A stretch of DNA of 63,205 bases, the filler included, from Platydemus manokwari (taxonomy: Eukaryota): the NCBI GenBank assembly GCA_037951405.1. It is 6 parts of 6 records of this genome, joined end to end, with 100 filler letters (N's around TTAATTAATTAA, not from the genome) between each part and the next. Parts side by side here need not be neighbours in the genome. Positions count along the whole stretch, not along the records: positions 1 to 11,244 come from JBBMOY010818869.1; positions 11,345 to 20,868 come from JBBMOY011236987.1; 4 more parts are not named here. One strand, given 5' to 3'. A model generated the notes under the pieces. It was not told the origin of the DNA, ran no database searches, and worked only from the letters and a program-made list of their open reading frames with translations. A program made the position numbers and the translations under genes. Shown here one piece after another: positions 1 through 13,242 of this stretch (position 1 is the first letter of the stretch; every line of letters starts with the position of its first letter).

Positions 1-1542
1 TTCTGTACTAAAGGTAATGGATTTTTGAATCTCTAAATACTACCCGGAAATCTTAATTTTAAATCAATTGGCTGTTTTTGATTAAATACTAAAATTAAAA
101 ATAAAATCATTTACTAACAATTAATGAATGATGATTAATGTGATATTTTTGAATTTGAAAAAGTAATAGGTTTCTTGATTTTTATTAAGGTTCATAAGTG
201 GAACTTATGACAACGATAAATCTAAAATGTTGAAACAATCTATGAATGTGATACTTTTAACTTCAAAGATACCCTAATATTAAAATTGTTTGCATTTGGA
301 ATATTCCTGACAATTTTATATCTAATTTACAGTGATCCATAATGTTTGGTGCATAAATGTATTCTGATTGTGGGTGTATAGATATTGTATTTGCAAACCA
401 ATGCCTATTATAAATGATAATTATTTTTATAAAATCTATGAATAAACAATTATTTTTGGAAAATGAAAATTTTGTCTAAAAATGATAATAATTGTCATAA
501 TAATTACAAATATAATAATGAGATAAAATAAGTCATGAATAATTGAAGTACACGAGCTTGATGATAATTTGTAAATTGAATGGTAAATAACTGCATAAGC
601 CCAGTAAAAATATAAGACTTAGTGCAAAAACAATTAGTTAGTAACCCAAAAAAGAAATCCATATTGACCAAAAAGATAATAAAAATAATAATTATTATTA
701 TAAATTACAATAACCCATATAGACAAAACTATCCCACACAAGTTAACATCAGAGGATTTCATAATCCCATATAATAAAATAAAAATTAGGAATAATATCC
801 CTGGAAAAGAATAATTAGAAATTTATATTTCGAATTTCAATAGTGTAAACACCTTTATCAACTTAGAACACTTCCTCAATACTTGGAAACCACTACAGTT
901 TGTGAAGTATAATTTGAAGCTCCAATCCAAATAATTTGTGATTGAACTTATATTAACAATATTAATCTAGAAGATTGCTCAAATCCAAGTAATAACAAAA
1001 TAGGGTTAATTTCCTATAAAATCAACGTGTGATTAAATCTTCAATCCATTTTATTTCATATTTATAAAGAGAAGTTCGTCCTTGCAATTGATTTTACCCG
1101 AATACTACGAATGGATTTATTAATCGTTACTTTCCAAGAATATCTGATAGTTGTTCTGCTATATACAAGCGTAATTGGTATATAAAATCTGTATTGTTAT
1201 CGATTATTTTATTGGTATCATTTGATGTTAGTTTTCTAATAAAAATAAATCTTATTAGAACATGTATAGGTTTGATTATCAATCATTGTAGGCTTAAGGT
1301 TTATAATTCATTTGAAATAATTATCATTGCATTATCATCTCATTTCTTTTTTATCGGTAATACCGTTTTTAAATTTAGTACTAAAACCAAGGCAATAATT
1401 AATAGAATATTACGCTGTCCTCCTTATCTTCAAACAAAAGAATGCCAAATCGAGGTGAAAAAAGAACACAGTAGTTTAAAGTTCGTTGCGTACCAGGATT
1501 ATCAGAGCTCAGGAGGCTGATTAAGCATAGTAGTTGTAGAAT

Positions 1543-2064
1543 TGTTGGATGATAAAACCTGGAAATTATATTGTTCCAAAATGTTACAATCTTACCTTCA
1601 CAACAACTACAGTCAAAGCTCTTTCATAATCAACGATAGTCTATCACACAATATGGCATCAGCACCCAAAAGATAAAGGCATAATAGAAAGCAACTAAAA
1701 AGACTGATGACTGAAAATCATGTGAAGTTAAAATTAATAAACAAGTTACCGACCAAACAAGATTGGCAGTTACTCATTAACTCAATTTCTTTTATAGACT
1801 TGTTGAATGTGTCACGGGTCTTCGTTTTCCATTTGATGAATTGGTTCGTAGATCGGACTACTTGAAAATTTCCTAGTATCTCTTTTGTTATTGGCAGATA
1901 TTTGAGTTTGCTGCCATTTGTAGATAGATGCCTGTCGATTCTTAGCTTCTAAATATGGATTAACATTAGAACGAATCTGATTGACTGTCGGCATGTGTGC
2001 TTATCGGATCTGTGTGTCGATCATTATAAGTGATCCATTTAAATGATTTGTGATCTACCCAACA
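1543..2064 (-). mobile_element. Solo LTR (probably Ty3/gypsy-type), copy 1
   Basis: The reverse complement aligns by eye with 3427-3918 and 38697-39241 (shared TGTTGGGTAGATCACAAATCA, GAAGCTAAGAATCGACAGGCA, GGAAATTTTCAAGTAGTCCGATCTAC, GTCTATAAAAGA). Termini are TGTTGG/CCAACA. Flanked by 4-bp direct repeat GAAT (1539-1542, 2065-2068). Confidence 0.85.
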
Positions 2065-3426
2065 GAATAATCAAAAATAATTTAAATATAATAAAATCAA
2101 TTGAACTCCAAAAGTATAAAAATAATGAAAGTGAAAATTTTCTTCGGTTTAAAAATCATTATGGTAATAATAATGGAAGAATCATCTTTGATCCTGATAA
2201 TCAAAGGAACGGCCAGTTGAATCAAGAGATTATTAATATTTTGAATAAAATGAACAGTCATTATGAAAAATGAGTAAAAGCATAATCAAGTATTGAAAAT
2301 TATGACCGTTAGAACTTTGAGAGTTCGAATTTCAAAAAGATTTACAAAAAGAACTCAAGGAGAAAGAAATATATCAGATTTCTTTGAAAGACATAAATAA
2401 TAAAACAAAGCCGTTTATCTATCCTACAGTTTATCTCCCAAAGGTAAGGCCATGACAACCAGCTGGAAATTTGAGAAATAAAAACACAATATTTCACTAA
2501 CTACAATAAAATGTCATTATTTCTTCACTGTTGTTTAAATCATTAACTATGTTTGTACAACACTCTACTATTTACTATAAACATTGAATTTCAGAATAAA
2601 ATTACGGCACATCGTCGGATAACTAATTATGCAGTCTGAAACTGGTTCAACACAAACAAAAACACGCTGACTTTCAAGTAGAAGCGATAAATAATAATCA
2701 ACATTTTATCAAAAATAATTCAATAAAAATGCCTGTTTTTCGTTGATATTGTTCAACCTTGTTGTCAGTGCCAAACCAATACATAAAGAATAATTTCATC
2801 TCATGGAACATTGCTCAAATTTCTGTCGATTGGAATAAATTAATACCGAACGTGAAGTAGTCAACCAATAAATAACATTGAAATCATTCGGTTTCACAAT
2901 TTTTTTCAATCAACAAAACAAAATCAAAATAAACACAAATATAGTACGTTTTTTGTTCTAATTCTACTCGAGCTCATTATAAATTCAATACCAAAGCCGG
3001 ATTGAAATGTTTATATAATTTAGTGTGGAACTCCACAGATTTGGTCTAGTAAATCTCAAATATAAACAAATAGCTTGTTATTTTAATATCATTATGTTCT
3101 TACGATTTCAAGTTCTATTGATCTTTGACCTTTAAAAATAAATTTTAATTTTTGTCGCTTACAAAATAGGTATCATTCATAAAATGTTATGATGATTCTG
3201 ATCAACAAGATCAACTTAATTGTTAGCCTTCCATTAGTGTTATGATCATCTTTAAGCTGATAATTATTATAATACTGTCGATCATTTTCTCGCTGAATAA
3301 ATAAATAAATATATTTTTCACTGATGTCATATCGGACAAATTGAATCCACCAATGAAATACAAGAATCATATCAATTATTAAAACAAAGGAGAATTTAAA
3401 TATTTATCTTATCAATATAATTTAAT

Positions 3427-3918
3427 TGTTGGGGAGATCACAAATCAATCAAAAGGGTTACAAGAACCAAGGAAAAAACCCTAAAAATGATCGATCCGAC
3501 AAGCACCTGTGCCAGCAGCCAATAAGATTCATTCTAATAATAGTTCATATTTAGAAGCTAAGAATCGACAGGCACATAATTACAGATGGCAGTAAGCCTA
3601 AATATTCGCAATGGCACGAGAAATGAGAGGAAATTTTCAAGTAGTCCGATCTACCGGCAAATTCAGCAAAGGGAATTCGTTTTCCATGACATCAAACAGA
3701 CACACCCAATGGGTCTATAAAAGAGGTTGAGTTCCATGAATAGCTGCCAGTCTTTTTGATTACTTTCTATTCTGTTTTTGACTTTCGAGAGCTGATCCGT
3801 CTTGTGTGATCAATCATTGTGAATTGTAAAGAGATTTACTTGGAGTTATTGAGATTACGATTGTGATATTTTGGGTAATACAGTTTTCAGATTCATTTAT
3901 TGATTAATAAGCCCAAAA
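3427..3918 (+). mobile_element. Solo LTR, copy 2
   Basis: Starts TGTTGGGGAGATCACAAATCAATCAAAAGGGTTACA and ends CCCAAAA (mutated CCCAACA). TATA-like TCTATAAAAG near 3714. TSD TAAT at 3423-3426 and 3919-3922. Confidence 0.85.
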
Positions 3919-6900
3919 TAATGTTTCACCAAATACGAAATTAATTATGATTTGAATCTACGAAAGTATGCTGTTGGACTTTAAACAATCAAAAGTATTT
4001 CTAAAATCTTCAATGCGATATCGCGGAGTTCTTGCCATTGCAATAAATCGATTTAATAATTTAAATAAATTTTATCGTAACTGATACAGTCGTCGTTGAT
4101 GATATTTTCCGGTGATTCTATTGTGGTCTCATTTTTACTTGTATGCTTCATCTCTGTGATTGCAGTGATCATGTACGGCTTAAAATGGTTTGTTGGTTTA
4201 GCATTTGTCAATGGATTGAATCTATTTTATAAATTTACTACTTATTGTGTATAAGTAGTTCAAAAATCTTTTATAAAAATATAAAATCTAAATTCTCTAC
4301 TTTCTCTATTTTAAATATGAATATGATAATGATGATGATGATGATAAAACTCTATTTTCTTTCAAATACAAATAAATTGTGATTGATGGTAATCCAATCT
4401 AATGTCAATGATATTGAATTAAATTGTACCCACGATATGAGTTAAGTGCCATCGAAATCACAAATTGATATCATTTCAATGTTGTTTACGTATTTGATAT
4501 CGAATTAATTATTATTTTACTACAATATTTTTTTCAATTTTCAACAAATAAAATCCATCGACATGCACAACATTCATCATTTTATAATCATATGCCACAT
4601 CAATAAATAAAGACTATTAGAATTGGTAATTGGTCTTGGAAAATATTTTCATACAATAACTTCTGTAGTGAGTGAGCTTACAACATTTTTACTACCAGTA
4701 TGCTGAGATGTGATTGTTATTTTATATCGATCGATATTTTGTGATGACAGATTATTTTCTATTATTAGATTGAAAACATAGAATGGTCTGATTTATCATT
4801 GTATTGTTAAGAGAATTGTGGTGTGAAATGTATTTTTTTATGTATGAAGGTGTAGTGACTATCTTCTTATTATTCATTGATCAATACAATGTCGTATGAT
4901 GAAATTGTTGATAAAATCAGTAATTTATTCATTCTGATAATCAAACAGTTTCTATTAGTTTTTAATTTAATATATTCAAATGGGGTTTGGTTAACTTTTT
5001 ATTCAAAACGATACTGACATAATTATTAAATTGTAATGCAAGAATTTATTTGAATGAATTTTGTTTTAATCAATGGGGTTGGAAGAAATAAGACTCTCGA
5101 TTTATGGTGAAATGGGAAAATATTTGAATCTTATAAATATCACCAAAAAATAGTTAAAACTTATTCAGTATTAAATAGGTTGACATACTGCCGAATACAA
5201 ATACTGGTATTAAAGACCTTTCCAAAAATTACCTCCATCGGTCAATTCAAAAAAGATCTTGAAGTTAAATTGAGATACTTTATAGTGTTGAAATTTTTTC
5301 CCACTGAAATAGGATTCGGTTTGTATAGATGATGAGGATAACTAATTGAACCATATATTATTTCAACAGGCAGTCATCCAACAATAATTCGAACTCGCGA
5401 TCATTTTTATTCGCATTAATTATCGATTAGACACTGAAATTAATACACCACAATGAAATGAACTTGATATATGACTATAAAAAAGATTCCCAAAAAAGTG
5501 GCTGGGTTGCTATTAGGTATCGAAACTAAATCATCACAAAACATTGTTTGTAGTAGAAATTCAAGCATGAGAAATATTTCCAAAAGTAACAATATGAACG
5601 TAAATTAACTTATATTTGATGAAATGTAAAAGGTGGGAAAGTGATTAACGATTAAATTCTAATTATTATTAAGAATTAAAATTATCCAATAGAATAGTTG
5701 GATGCCACTATTTCGTTAATTCAATCCAATTTTAAGAAAGTCAGTCCACAAAATATATTTAAATAAAATACTCAAATAAATTATTTCAAGATAGTTTTTA
5801 TCATATTTTTTATTTAAAACGATTAGAAATTATTTATCTAGTAAAAATTTAATTATATTTCCCTCAACTGCCTTTATTATTTATAAAAAAATTAATTTGA
5901 AATGTAATGATTTGTAGATGAATTTCAAACAAAATTACGCTTTTTGGCACCTTCCAACCCCTATTTTGATACTTTACACATATGTATGCCTATACAGCCA
6001 TGTTGATTGGGCTACACAACAACCAATCGTAGTCATGAGATATTGATGGATAGAAAAAGGAAACGTAGAAACAGAACATTGAATTGAAGCTGATCACACA
6101 AACGCGTACAAACAATACATATAGAAAGACAGAGAAAGAAAAAGAGAGAAGATTATAATTTTTATAATGGATTTATTTTGTATTATAATTATATTACCTA
6201 ATTATAATCTCGATAAGATTAACAGAATTTTAATGCACATCTCTAAACAACCTGAGATATCGATTAAATTGATATAAAATTAAAACAAAAACCCAACAAT
6301 GATATATAATTAAGTAATTCGAAATTTGAAAGTGAAAATTGACAATATTATTAGAAGACTGAAAGACGCCAACTAAAATCATAGAAAATAAAAAAAACAT
6401 TGATCGAAATCACAATTCTGAACATACAATTTTAGAACTTCAACGAGACCAAAAAGAGCATACCCAGTTCGATGGTTATGTTTTCACAATACCAAAAGAG
6501 AATTTACATATTTGAATAATAAGAACAAATTCGAATTAACAATTATCGATTAATTTAATAAGAATTCAAATATTTGCTTAGCAACCGAAAATTCTACCAT
6601 GCCAGTTTGTCGAAAAGTATGAAATTCATTTCAATTATAATTTCCAAAGAAAAAATAATGAATTATTCAAGTTCATCCAATCAGAATTAATTCAATGAAA
6701 TATATTGACGCCTGTGAATTTTTTATGAAAAACCATGGTAACCAAACTTCAGTCTTTTTTACCACGTTTTTCTATAAGATAAATGATAAAACTTAATTTT
6801 GCTCGTTTTGAAATTATATTGATGCTGTTAAATGAAGGCTAAATTTATTGTCGTGATCCAATAATCGATATTAAACTTAATTACATAATCACTATAATTA

Positions 6901-9214
6901 AATAATAAAATGATTGGTTTATATAAACAATTCAAAAATTTTTTTCACTTAATACGTAATTTTAAATAAATTTTAAGAAGGGGGTCATTAAACCCTATTT
7001 TACACTTAAATCTAACATTAAGATTAGATTGAATTGATTATCATTCAACTTGATTAATGATTATAGCTAATTGATAAAATGAAGATTCAATTTTCACACA
7101 CATCTTTACTCATCCGTAACAATATGTCCTCGAATAAACACACATTCACTTGCACTTACTGTGACCGTCTGTTGTGATTGAATTTTGGTTACATATCAGT
7201 GAATATAAAGGAATATAATGATACCTGTCACATTAGAAATTCAGTTTCGATATTTTACATCCATACATACTTACACTGTCACAAACAATTAAAATCAATA
7301 TGAAATGAATATTTCAATTTGATAAAATACTTGGCTACACATCAAGCAACACTTTCAGTGTTGATATAAATCGATAATCCCAATTTGAACCTTGGAAATA
7401 AAATCATCGAATAGAGTATATGTGGCACACATGACTCATTTGAAACGAACAAAGCTTGTTAACAGTAGAAGAGGAAAGCATGTTTTTTCGGTATTTGTAT
7501 TTATGCTGAGTAGAAGTTGTGACCAACCAAAAAATAACTTGTTTGCAACTCTTTATCCAATAAACAACAATTTCAACATATAATTCTAAAATTTTTTTTA
7601 TTAATTTTCATTTTTTAGCCTATTTTCCAAAGAAAAGTTAGTATAAAAGGGAAAGAATTCAACCATATCCGAATGATCCTATATGATTCTTTTACTAATT
7701 TTTTTTATAATATTTAATTTTTCTAAATTTTAAGAGGTGACGTTTTCTTTTAATTTTGCTGCAGTCTTGATGGAAGTAACAAAAAATTATAATACACGAC
7801 AAAATTTTGAAAAATATTGATATTAATAAATGATGTTTGGAATCGAAATTACGGGAATTATTCGAAAAACTAAAGCTTATATCACTACATTTTCAAATCA
7901 AGCTGAATAATAAAATATCCAAAATTCTCATTGAACTATAAGGCGACCTTCGAATTTCAAACCGGCGCTTGTTATAAAAGTTATCAGTTAATGATACCGA
8001 TACCCATAGATCGACTTGTTCTAGAATGTACTCGATATTTGTCACAAACATGTCGCATTAGCGTTTTATAATTATCGATTATTAAAATAAGTTTTATCAA
8101 AAAAAATATTATGCTGAAAATACATGATAACAATGACAAAAAATATGTCACTGAACTTCACAGGTAAAATCCATGAGAAACATCTATATGTGACAGTATT
8201 ATTTATTATAATATAAATATCATCGAATGATCTGACATGTTGCCTACATTATTTGATAGAATGTAAATTTATTTTTATCACAACAAATTGTTTTAATAGT
8301 CACAATTTTCATTATTATTGAGATTAATTTCGGTTTCGGGGAATTATTTGGATCTACGAAAATCTAACATGTGGTGATAGACGGGCACAATTATGATTCC
8401 AAAAATAAGTCAAATGTATTCGTTGATTAATGTTCCTTTATTAATAGATTCTTTTATCAAGGAATTTAAAAATACACATGGAGATAAAGTACCAATACTA
8501 ATGTGATAGGAAGTTGTTATTATTAAAAGCTATTGCATATATAATCGATATTCATGTATATAAAAATAATCTAAGCGGGATTAACCAATACTTCGGCTTA
8601 CGGTCTTTGCATACAGGTTTATTAGAACTCTGAGATCGATAGAAGAACAAGATTAAGAATGAAGCAACGGCAAGATTAAGACAAAGTACGGTAAAATATA
8701 CAATTATATGATAAGAATAACACATCGAACAAAGATATATATAAAAGATAATCGGTGGGAAATTTCGGGTAAGGTGTATTTATCAATTTCTCGAGGACAG
8801 AGAGCGGAAAAATATTTTATTCATTTTAAAAAAAAGAATGAAAAATTATAATTTATGGAATAAAAGAAGAAATACTTTAAAAATACTTTTATTTATTTTC
8901 ATAATATTATTATTAATAATATTATAACAGTAAAATATATAATAATTTTTCTATGGGGATTAATTCGAAAAATATTCAAATAAAACGAAATTATATTACT
9001 GATAAGTGAACAGATTGAAAATTCCAGTGAAAGAATTTGTGATGCCAAATCAAAAACAGAACAGGTTCATTTTCATCAACAACGGCAAATAAAAAATAAC
9101 GGACATCTGTGATTTCGAAAAACCTGTGTGTTGAAAGAAAGAAAAACGAAAAAACAACCCGTGAAATGAATTTACAAAATAAAAACGGAAGAGATACTGA
9201 AAACACGTGTTCTT

Positions 9215-10645
9215 TCATATTCTCGGTAAAACCGAATCGCTGGCAAATTTATTTGGTAACAATTGAAGATTGGTGTGGTTATTGAAATGATTATAGGTGG
9301 AAAAATACTTTCGACTTTCTGTCGTGTAGCTGGAATTGGGAATGTCCAAACTTTGAGAACATAATCTTGAATTACCGGAATTTGTTGTCATGTGATCGGA
9401 TGTATGGGATTTATATTTACGAAGTTTCTTACGGGATGTCGAATAAAACAGTAGAAAAAATATCAATCCCATAATTAAAAGTGTCACCGAAACACTCAAT
9501 GAAACAACCAAGGATAAATTATTAGAATATGTAATAGTTTCCACCGAACGACTGGTGCCGATTGACAATTCGATTCGATTCGCTATAGAAGATCCATCGC
9601 TCATGTTACAGTCTTTAATTTTATTCAGAAACGTTTGTATTTGATGATTAAATTGAGATAGTGCTGATTTCATATCGATGCATTGTATCGATTTCAAATC
9701 GATACTCAACTCCACCAACGATGTTGCCATTGGTTTCAAGCTCCACAAGTCAAATAGAATCAATTTTGGATTATTATACAAATTGATAACAGTCAATTGA
9801 TTCAAACCATCGAAAGCAGATTTGTCAATAAATTCGATTTGATTGTTGTTTAAAATCAATTGTTTCAATTTTCTCAACCCGATGAAAGCTTTCAAATCTA
9901 ATTTCGATAATCGATTGAAAGACAAATCCAATCGTGTCAAATTCCGGATTTCCCACCAACCGTTGCCATTGGTGACGATTGTTTCCAATTTATTCGAAGA
10001 TAAAATCAATATTTGCAACTCAATCAAACCCATAAATGACGAAATGAACAATTTACGAATATTATTAAAACGAATGATTAATTTTATCAATTTTTTACAA
10101 TTACCAAATGAATTCGTCTCGATATTTTCCAGATGGATATTTTTAAACTCAATTTCTTCAATGGAATTGCATGTTTCTAAAATTCTATTCGACCAATTTG
10201 AACAATGAACGTTTTCGATTTTCATTCGAATCAATCTGTTTAGACCCAATAACAAATTATCATTATCATCATCATTTCGATGAACAAATTTCGACAATTG
10301 AGCTTGAATGATTAAATGTTGTAAATGATTCAAATTATTGATTAATCGATTCGATGGAATGATGTTCGATGTGATTTTGAGACGAGCAATTTTACAATAT
10401 TCGGCATTGATGAAAAGCATTGATTTTCGATTGACATTGACATTGATCAATTCCAGATTGACATTGATTGGTTTGTCGTTGAAATCCAATTGAAAACAAT
10501 CGATTTGATCCCGATCAGCTTTCACCGTGCAAGACCAAATGTCAATTAACTGACACGAGCAATGATAGTTGGGACAGATATTGGTTTGAGTAGATGCTAG
10601 TGAAATCATGAATGATATGATGGACACAATCAATTCGAACGACAT
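9215..10645 (-). CDS. Type I membrane leucine-rich-repeat protein, 476 aa (signal peptide, LRRNT, LRRs, TM helix, ~75-aa tail without TIR)
   Basis: Hydrophobic N-terminus, CPNYHCSC cap, repeated LxxLxLxxNxL motifs (LQILILSSNKL, LTRLDLSFNRL, LKQLILNNNQI) and TM segment LSLVVSLSVSVTLLIMGLIFFLLFY followed by basic RKKLRKYK. The ORF is uninterrupted in very AT-rich DNA. Confidence 0.92.
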   Translation of the reverse strand: MSFELIVSIISFMISLASTQTNICPNYHCSCQLIDIWSCTVKADRDQIDCFQLDFNDKPINVNLELINVNVNRKSMLFINAEYCKIARLKITSNIIPSNRLINNLNHLQHLIIQAQLSKFVHRNDDDNDNLLLGLNRLIRMKIENVHCSNWSNRILETCNSIEEIEFKNIHLENIETNSFGNCKKLIKLIIRFNNIRKLFISSFMGLIELQILILSSNKLETIVTNGNGWWEIRNLTRLDLSFNRLSKLDLKAFIGLRKLKQLILNNNQIEFIDKSAFDGLNQLTVINLYNNPKLILFDLWSLKPMATSLVELSIDLKSIQCIDMKSALSQFNHQIQTFLNKIKDCNMSDGSSIANRIELSIGTSRSVETITYSNNLSLVVSLSVSVTLLIMGLIFFLLFYSTSRKKLRKYKSHTSDHMTTNSGNSRLCSQSLDIPNSSYTTESRKYFSTYNHFNNHTNLQLLPNKFASDSVLPRI

Positions 10646-10708
10646 ATTTATTTACATATTATTAATATTATTTACAAACGAATATATTTTGTTTGAATGA
10701 ATTAAACT

Positions 10709-10759
10709 CTGAAAATATTTCAAAAATAATAAAGTCAACAATAAATGTATTTTTTTCAC
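10709..10759 (-). other. Probable 51-nt 5'UTR intron of the LRR gene
   Basis: Minus strand reads CAG|GTGAAA ... TTTTCAG|, 64 nt upstream of the ATG. The length matches other short introns in the window (46, 50 nt). Confidence 0.5.
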
Positions 10760-11160
10760 CTGAATAGTTTTGTATATTCCAAAGAACGACCAATCCGGTG
10801 TTTGTGATTTACAAAATTGTGCTAACATAATATCTATGATAAACTTAACAGATTAGCACACTAATCTCACGTATTTTGAAAATTAGCTCACTCTGCAATT
10901 GGGTATGTACGATATCAATTATTATTATTGAGTAAGTAGTGTGATTTATCATTATTCTTATCATAATATAATAATGCATTATAAAATATAATTTAATGTG
11001 ATTGTGTGAGGAAAATTAATAATTCTGAGCATTTTACAAACAATCGATGGTCATTTTAGATGGAATATATTGAGAGCGAGAGAGGGCGAAAGAGAGATAC
11101 CTAGAATACATAGACAATTTCTTGTTTATTCTTATTCTTATTGTGAATTGAAATTATTGA

Positions 11161-11171
11161 GTTATTATTTA

Positions 11172-11244
<73 letters not shown>
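11161..11244. repeat. (ATT)n microsatellite at contig end
   Basis: Direct reading. It explains the poly-Tyr ORF 11070..11300. Confidence 0.97.
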
Positions 11245-11344
11245 NNNNNNNNNNNNNNNNNNNNNNNNNNNNNNNNNNNNNNNNNNNNTTAATTAATTAA
11301 NNNNNNNNNNNNNNNNNNNNNNNNNNNNNNNNNNNNNNNNNNNN
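11245..11344. other. Artificial contig spacer N44-TTAATTAATTAA-N44
   Basis: The same 100-nt structure occurs five times, and the 12-mer places stop codons in all six frames. Confidence 0.98.
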
Positions 11345-13035
11345 GTTCCAATTAATATGCCAATAATTCTACTGATATTTTCGCAAAAAAGAGTTTATTG
11401 ATTTATTAAAAAATATGTTGAGGTAAATGATAAATCTGATTTTTAAAATATTTTTATAATTCCAATGAATGCTAATATTTTTAAAATTAAAATTCTCATG
11501 TAATGTATCGTTATAGTATTTATCTAACTACTTTGTGTAAGAAGTTATAGTTTTGATAATTAATTTTTGGATATTTTCACACAATCTATTAGTAAATTAA
11601 CTTTATAAACTATGTATATCGATACTAATATTCATATCAATCAAAACTTATTTTTAATTTTTGATATCTCACATTTAGTAATATATTTTTTAAAACGAAA
11701 ATATGAATATAATATCTCTCGGCCAAAATTATAAATAGTTTATAACATATCAAAATTGATTATCAATTAACAGGGGTTGAAGTATCAAAATTTCTCAGTA
11801 AACTGTATATATGCATGTTTTTATTAACATCACCAACTTGGCAATTTAATTTATATAAGGTATAATTTAAATTAGCGAATCATTTTTTGTTATCATTGAA
11901 TATCATTTTTAACAATTAATGTCTGAAGCGTATTTTCATGAAGTTTCTATATTAACAACTTGTATGTTTTCTCCTCTGCCTGGCATTCTGTTTGGCGTAT
12001 TTTTAGATTAAAATAAATGTTACAAGGTATTGTTTCTCATTGGATTATTTTTACTAAATTTTCAAATTTAAATAAAAGCTTGCAAATAAATCAACAATCA
12101 AATGATAAATAAAGTGTTATTATTGTTAGTTGTTACTGTTTCATTAAATAGGAATTCAAAATGAATCTAATACCATCAACTCATAAAGTATCTTTCATTT
12201 ATTAAAAATTGTTTATAAAAATTATCACGGTTATTATGTATTATAATATATGATAATGCTTGAGACCTTTAATAATTTTTATATTACTTTTATTTGAAAA
12301 TAGTTTTATTAAATCAATGGCTTAGCAACTAGATGATCCCTTGAGAGTTCGAAATTTCAAAATACAAGAAACTTATCGAAGAATTATGAATGGTTATAGA
12401 TTTCCATTTGTTAATAAGCTGAATATTTTCAAGATCATATCATAAACATCATTATAGATTTTCTCAGCTTCACAAATATAAATTCCTATCAATATTGTGC
12501 ATTGAACAAAGTTTACTAAGCACCAATTTTAATAATTTGGATCATTTTTTCCTTAAATTCTTAAAAGTACTCTTATCGATTAAAACATGAACCCATTTAT
12601 TAAATTTATAATGCACTGGGGTTTGAAGGATAGATGTTGTGAACGTTCTGAATATCTTAATCAAATATAGCTTATTGTTAATATTATTTGCATGTTTGTG
12701 ATCTTTAAATAATATTATCAGATTGTTGACACAAATAATATATAATTTATTTTTATTATCTGTATTTATATTTGTATTTATTTTCATAAAAAATTACTCA
12801 TTTTCTTGTTTGTATATTTTTTAAAATAGAAACAAGTTATTTTATTTAAGAATATTATTAAATCATTATGAATTATAAATGATTATATTATTATCATTAT
12901 TATATTTGTAACTCCAAAAATTATTTTCTAAAAAATTATTTATTCAATATTTTAAATATTTTCCATTATTCGAAATGTTTACTAGTTTTGAAATCAGATA
13001 TTTTAATCGATAAAAATCAAAATATTTTTTTCAAG

Positions 13036-13242
13036 AATTGAAACCGGGATACACGAAAGGATTGTTACATGATTTTAAAATTCATTCATTGATCGAGAAG
13101 CAACATGGTGGCGATCAAAGATGTATCAGTAACAACAATAATGAACTCAATAATCAAAATAGTATAAGCAATACAGCATATTCATGGACCGCAAACAGGA
13201 CCCTGTCAGATACATTCGATGTTCAATTGAAAAGTAGTGAGT
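13036..13242 (+). CDS. Probable internal coding exon of the villin-headpiece (abLIM-like) gene
   Basis: Acceptor TTTTCAAG|, open frame ELKPGYTKGLLHDF...VQLKSSE, donor GTAAGT at 13243 (alternative GTGAGT at 13237). Phase 1, compatible with the exon at 16365. Confidence 0.65.

Noticed and set aside
1812-1994. 60-aa ORF, and the ORF at 38778..38969
   Set aside because: Both lie within solo LTRs and the frame is not preserved between copies.
2318-2338. TTGAGAGTTCGAATTTCAAAA, also at ~12341, resembling a tRNA T-arm or B-box
   Set aside because: No cloverleaf or A-box could be built; at most a fragment of a dispersed repeat.
8991-9218. 75-aa ORF overlapping the LRR stop (ATGA), resembling translational coupling
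   Set aside because: Eukaryotic context; a Phe-rich translation of T-rich 3'UTR with no recognisable motif.
9843-10208. 121-aa plus-strand ORF
   Set aside because: Antisense shadow of the LRR CDS.
11070-11300. Poly-Tyr ORF
   Set aside because: Translation of (TAT)n and the N spacer.
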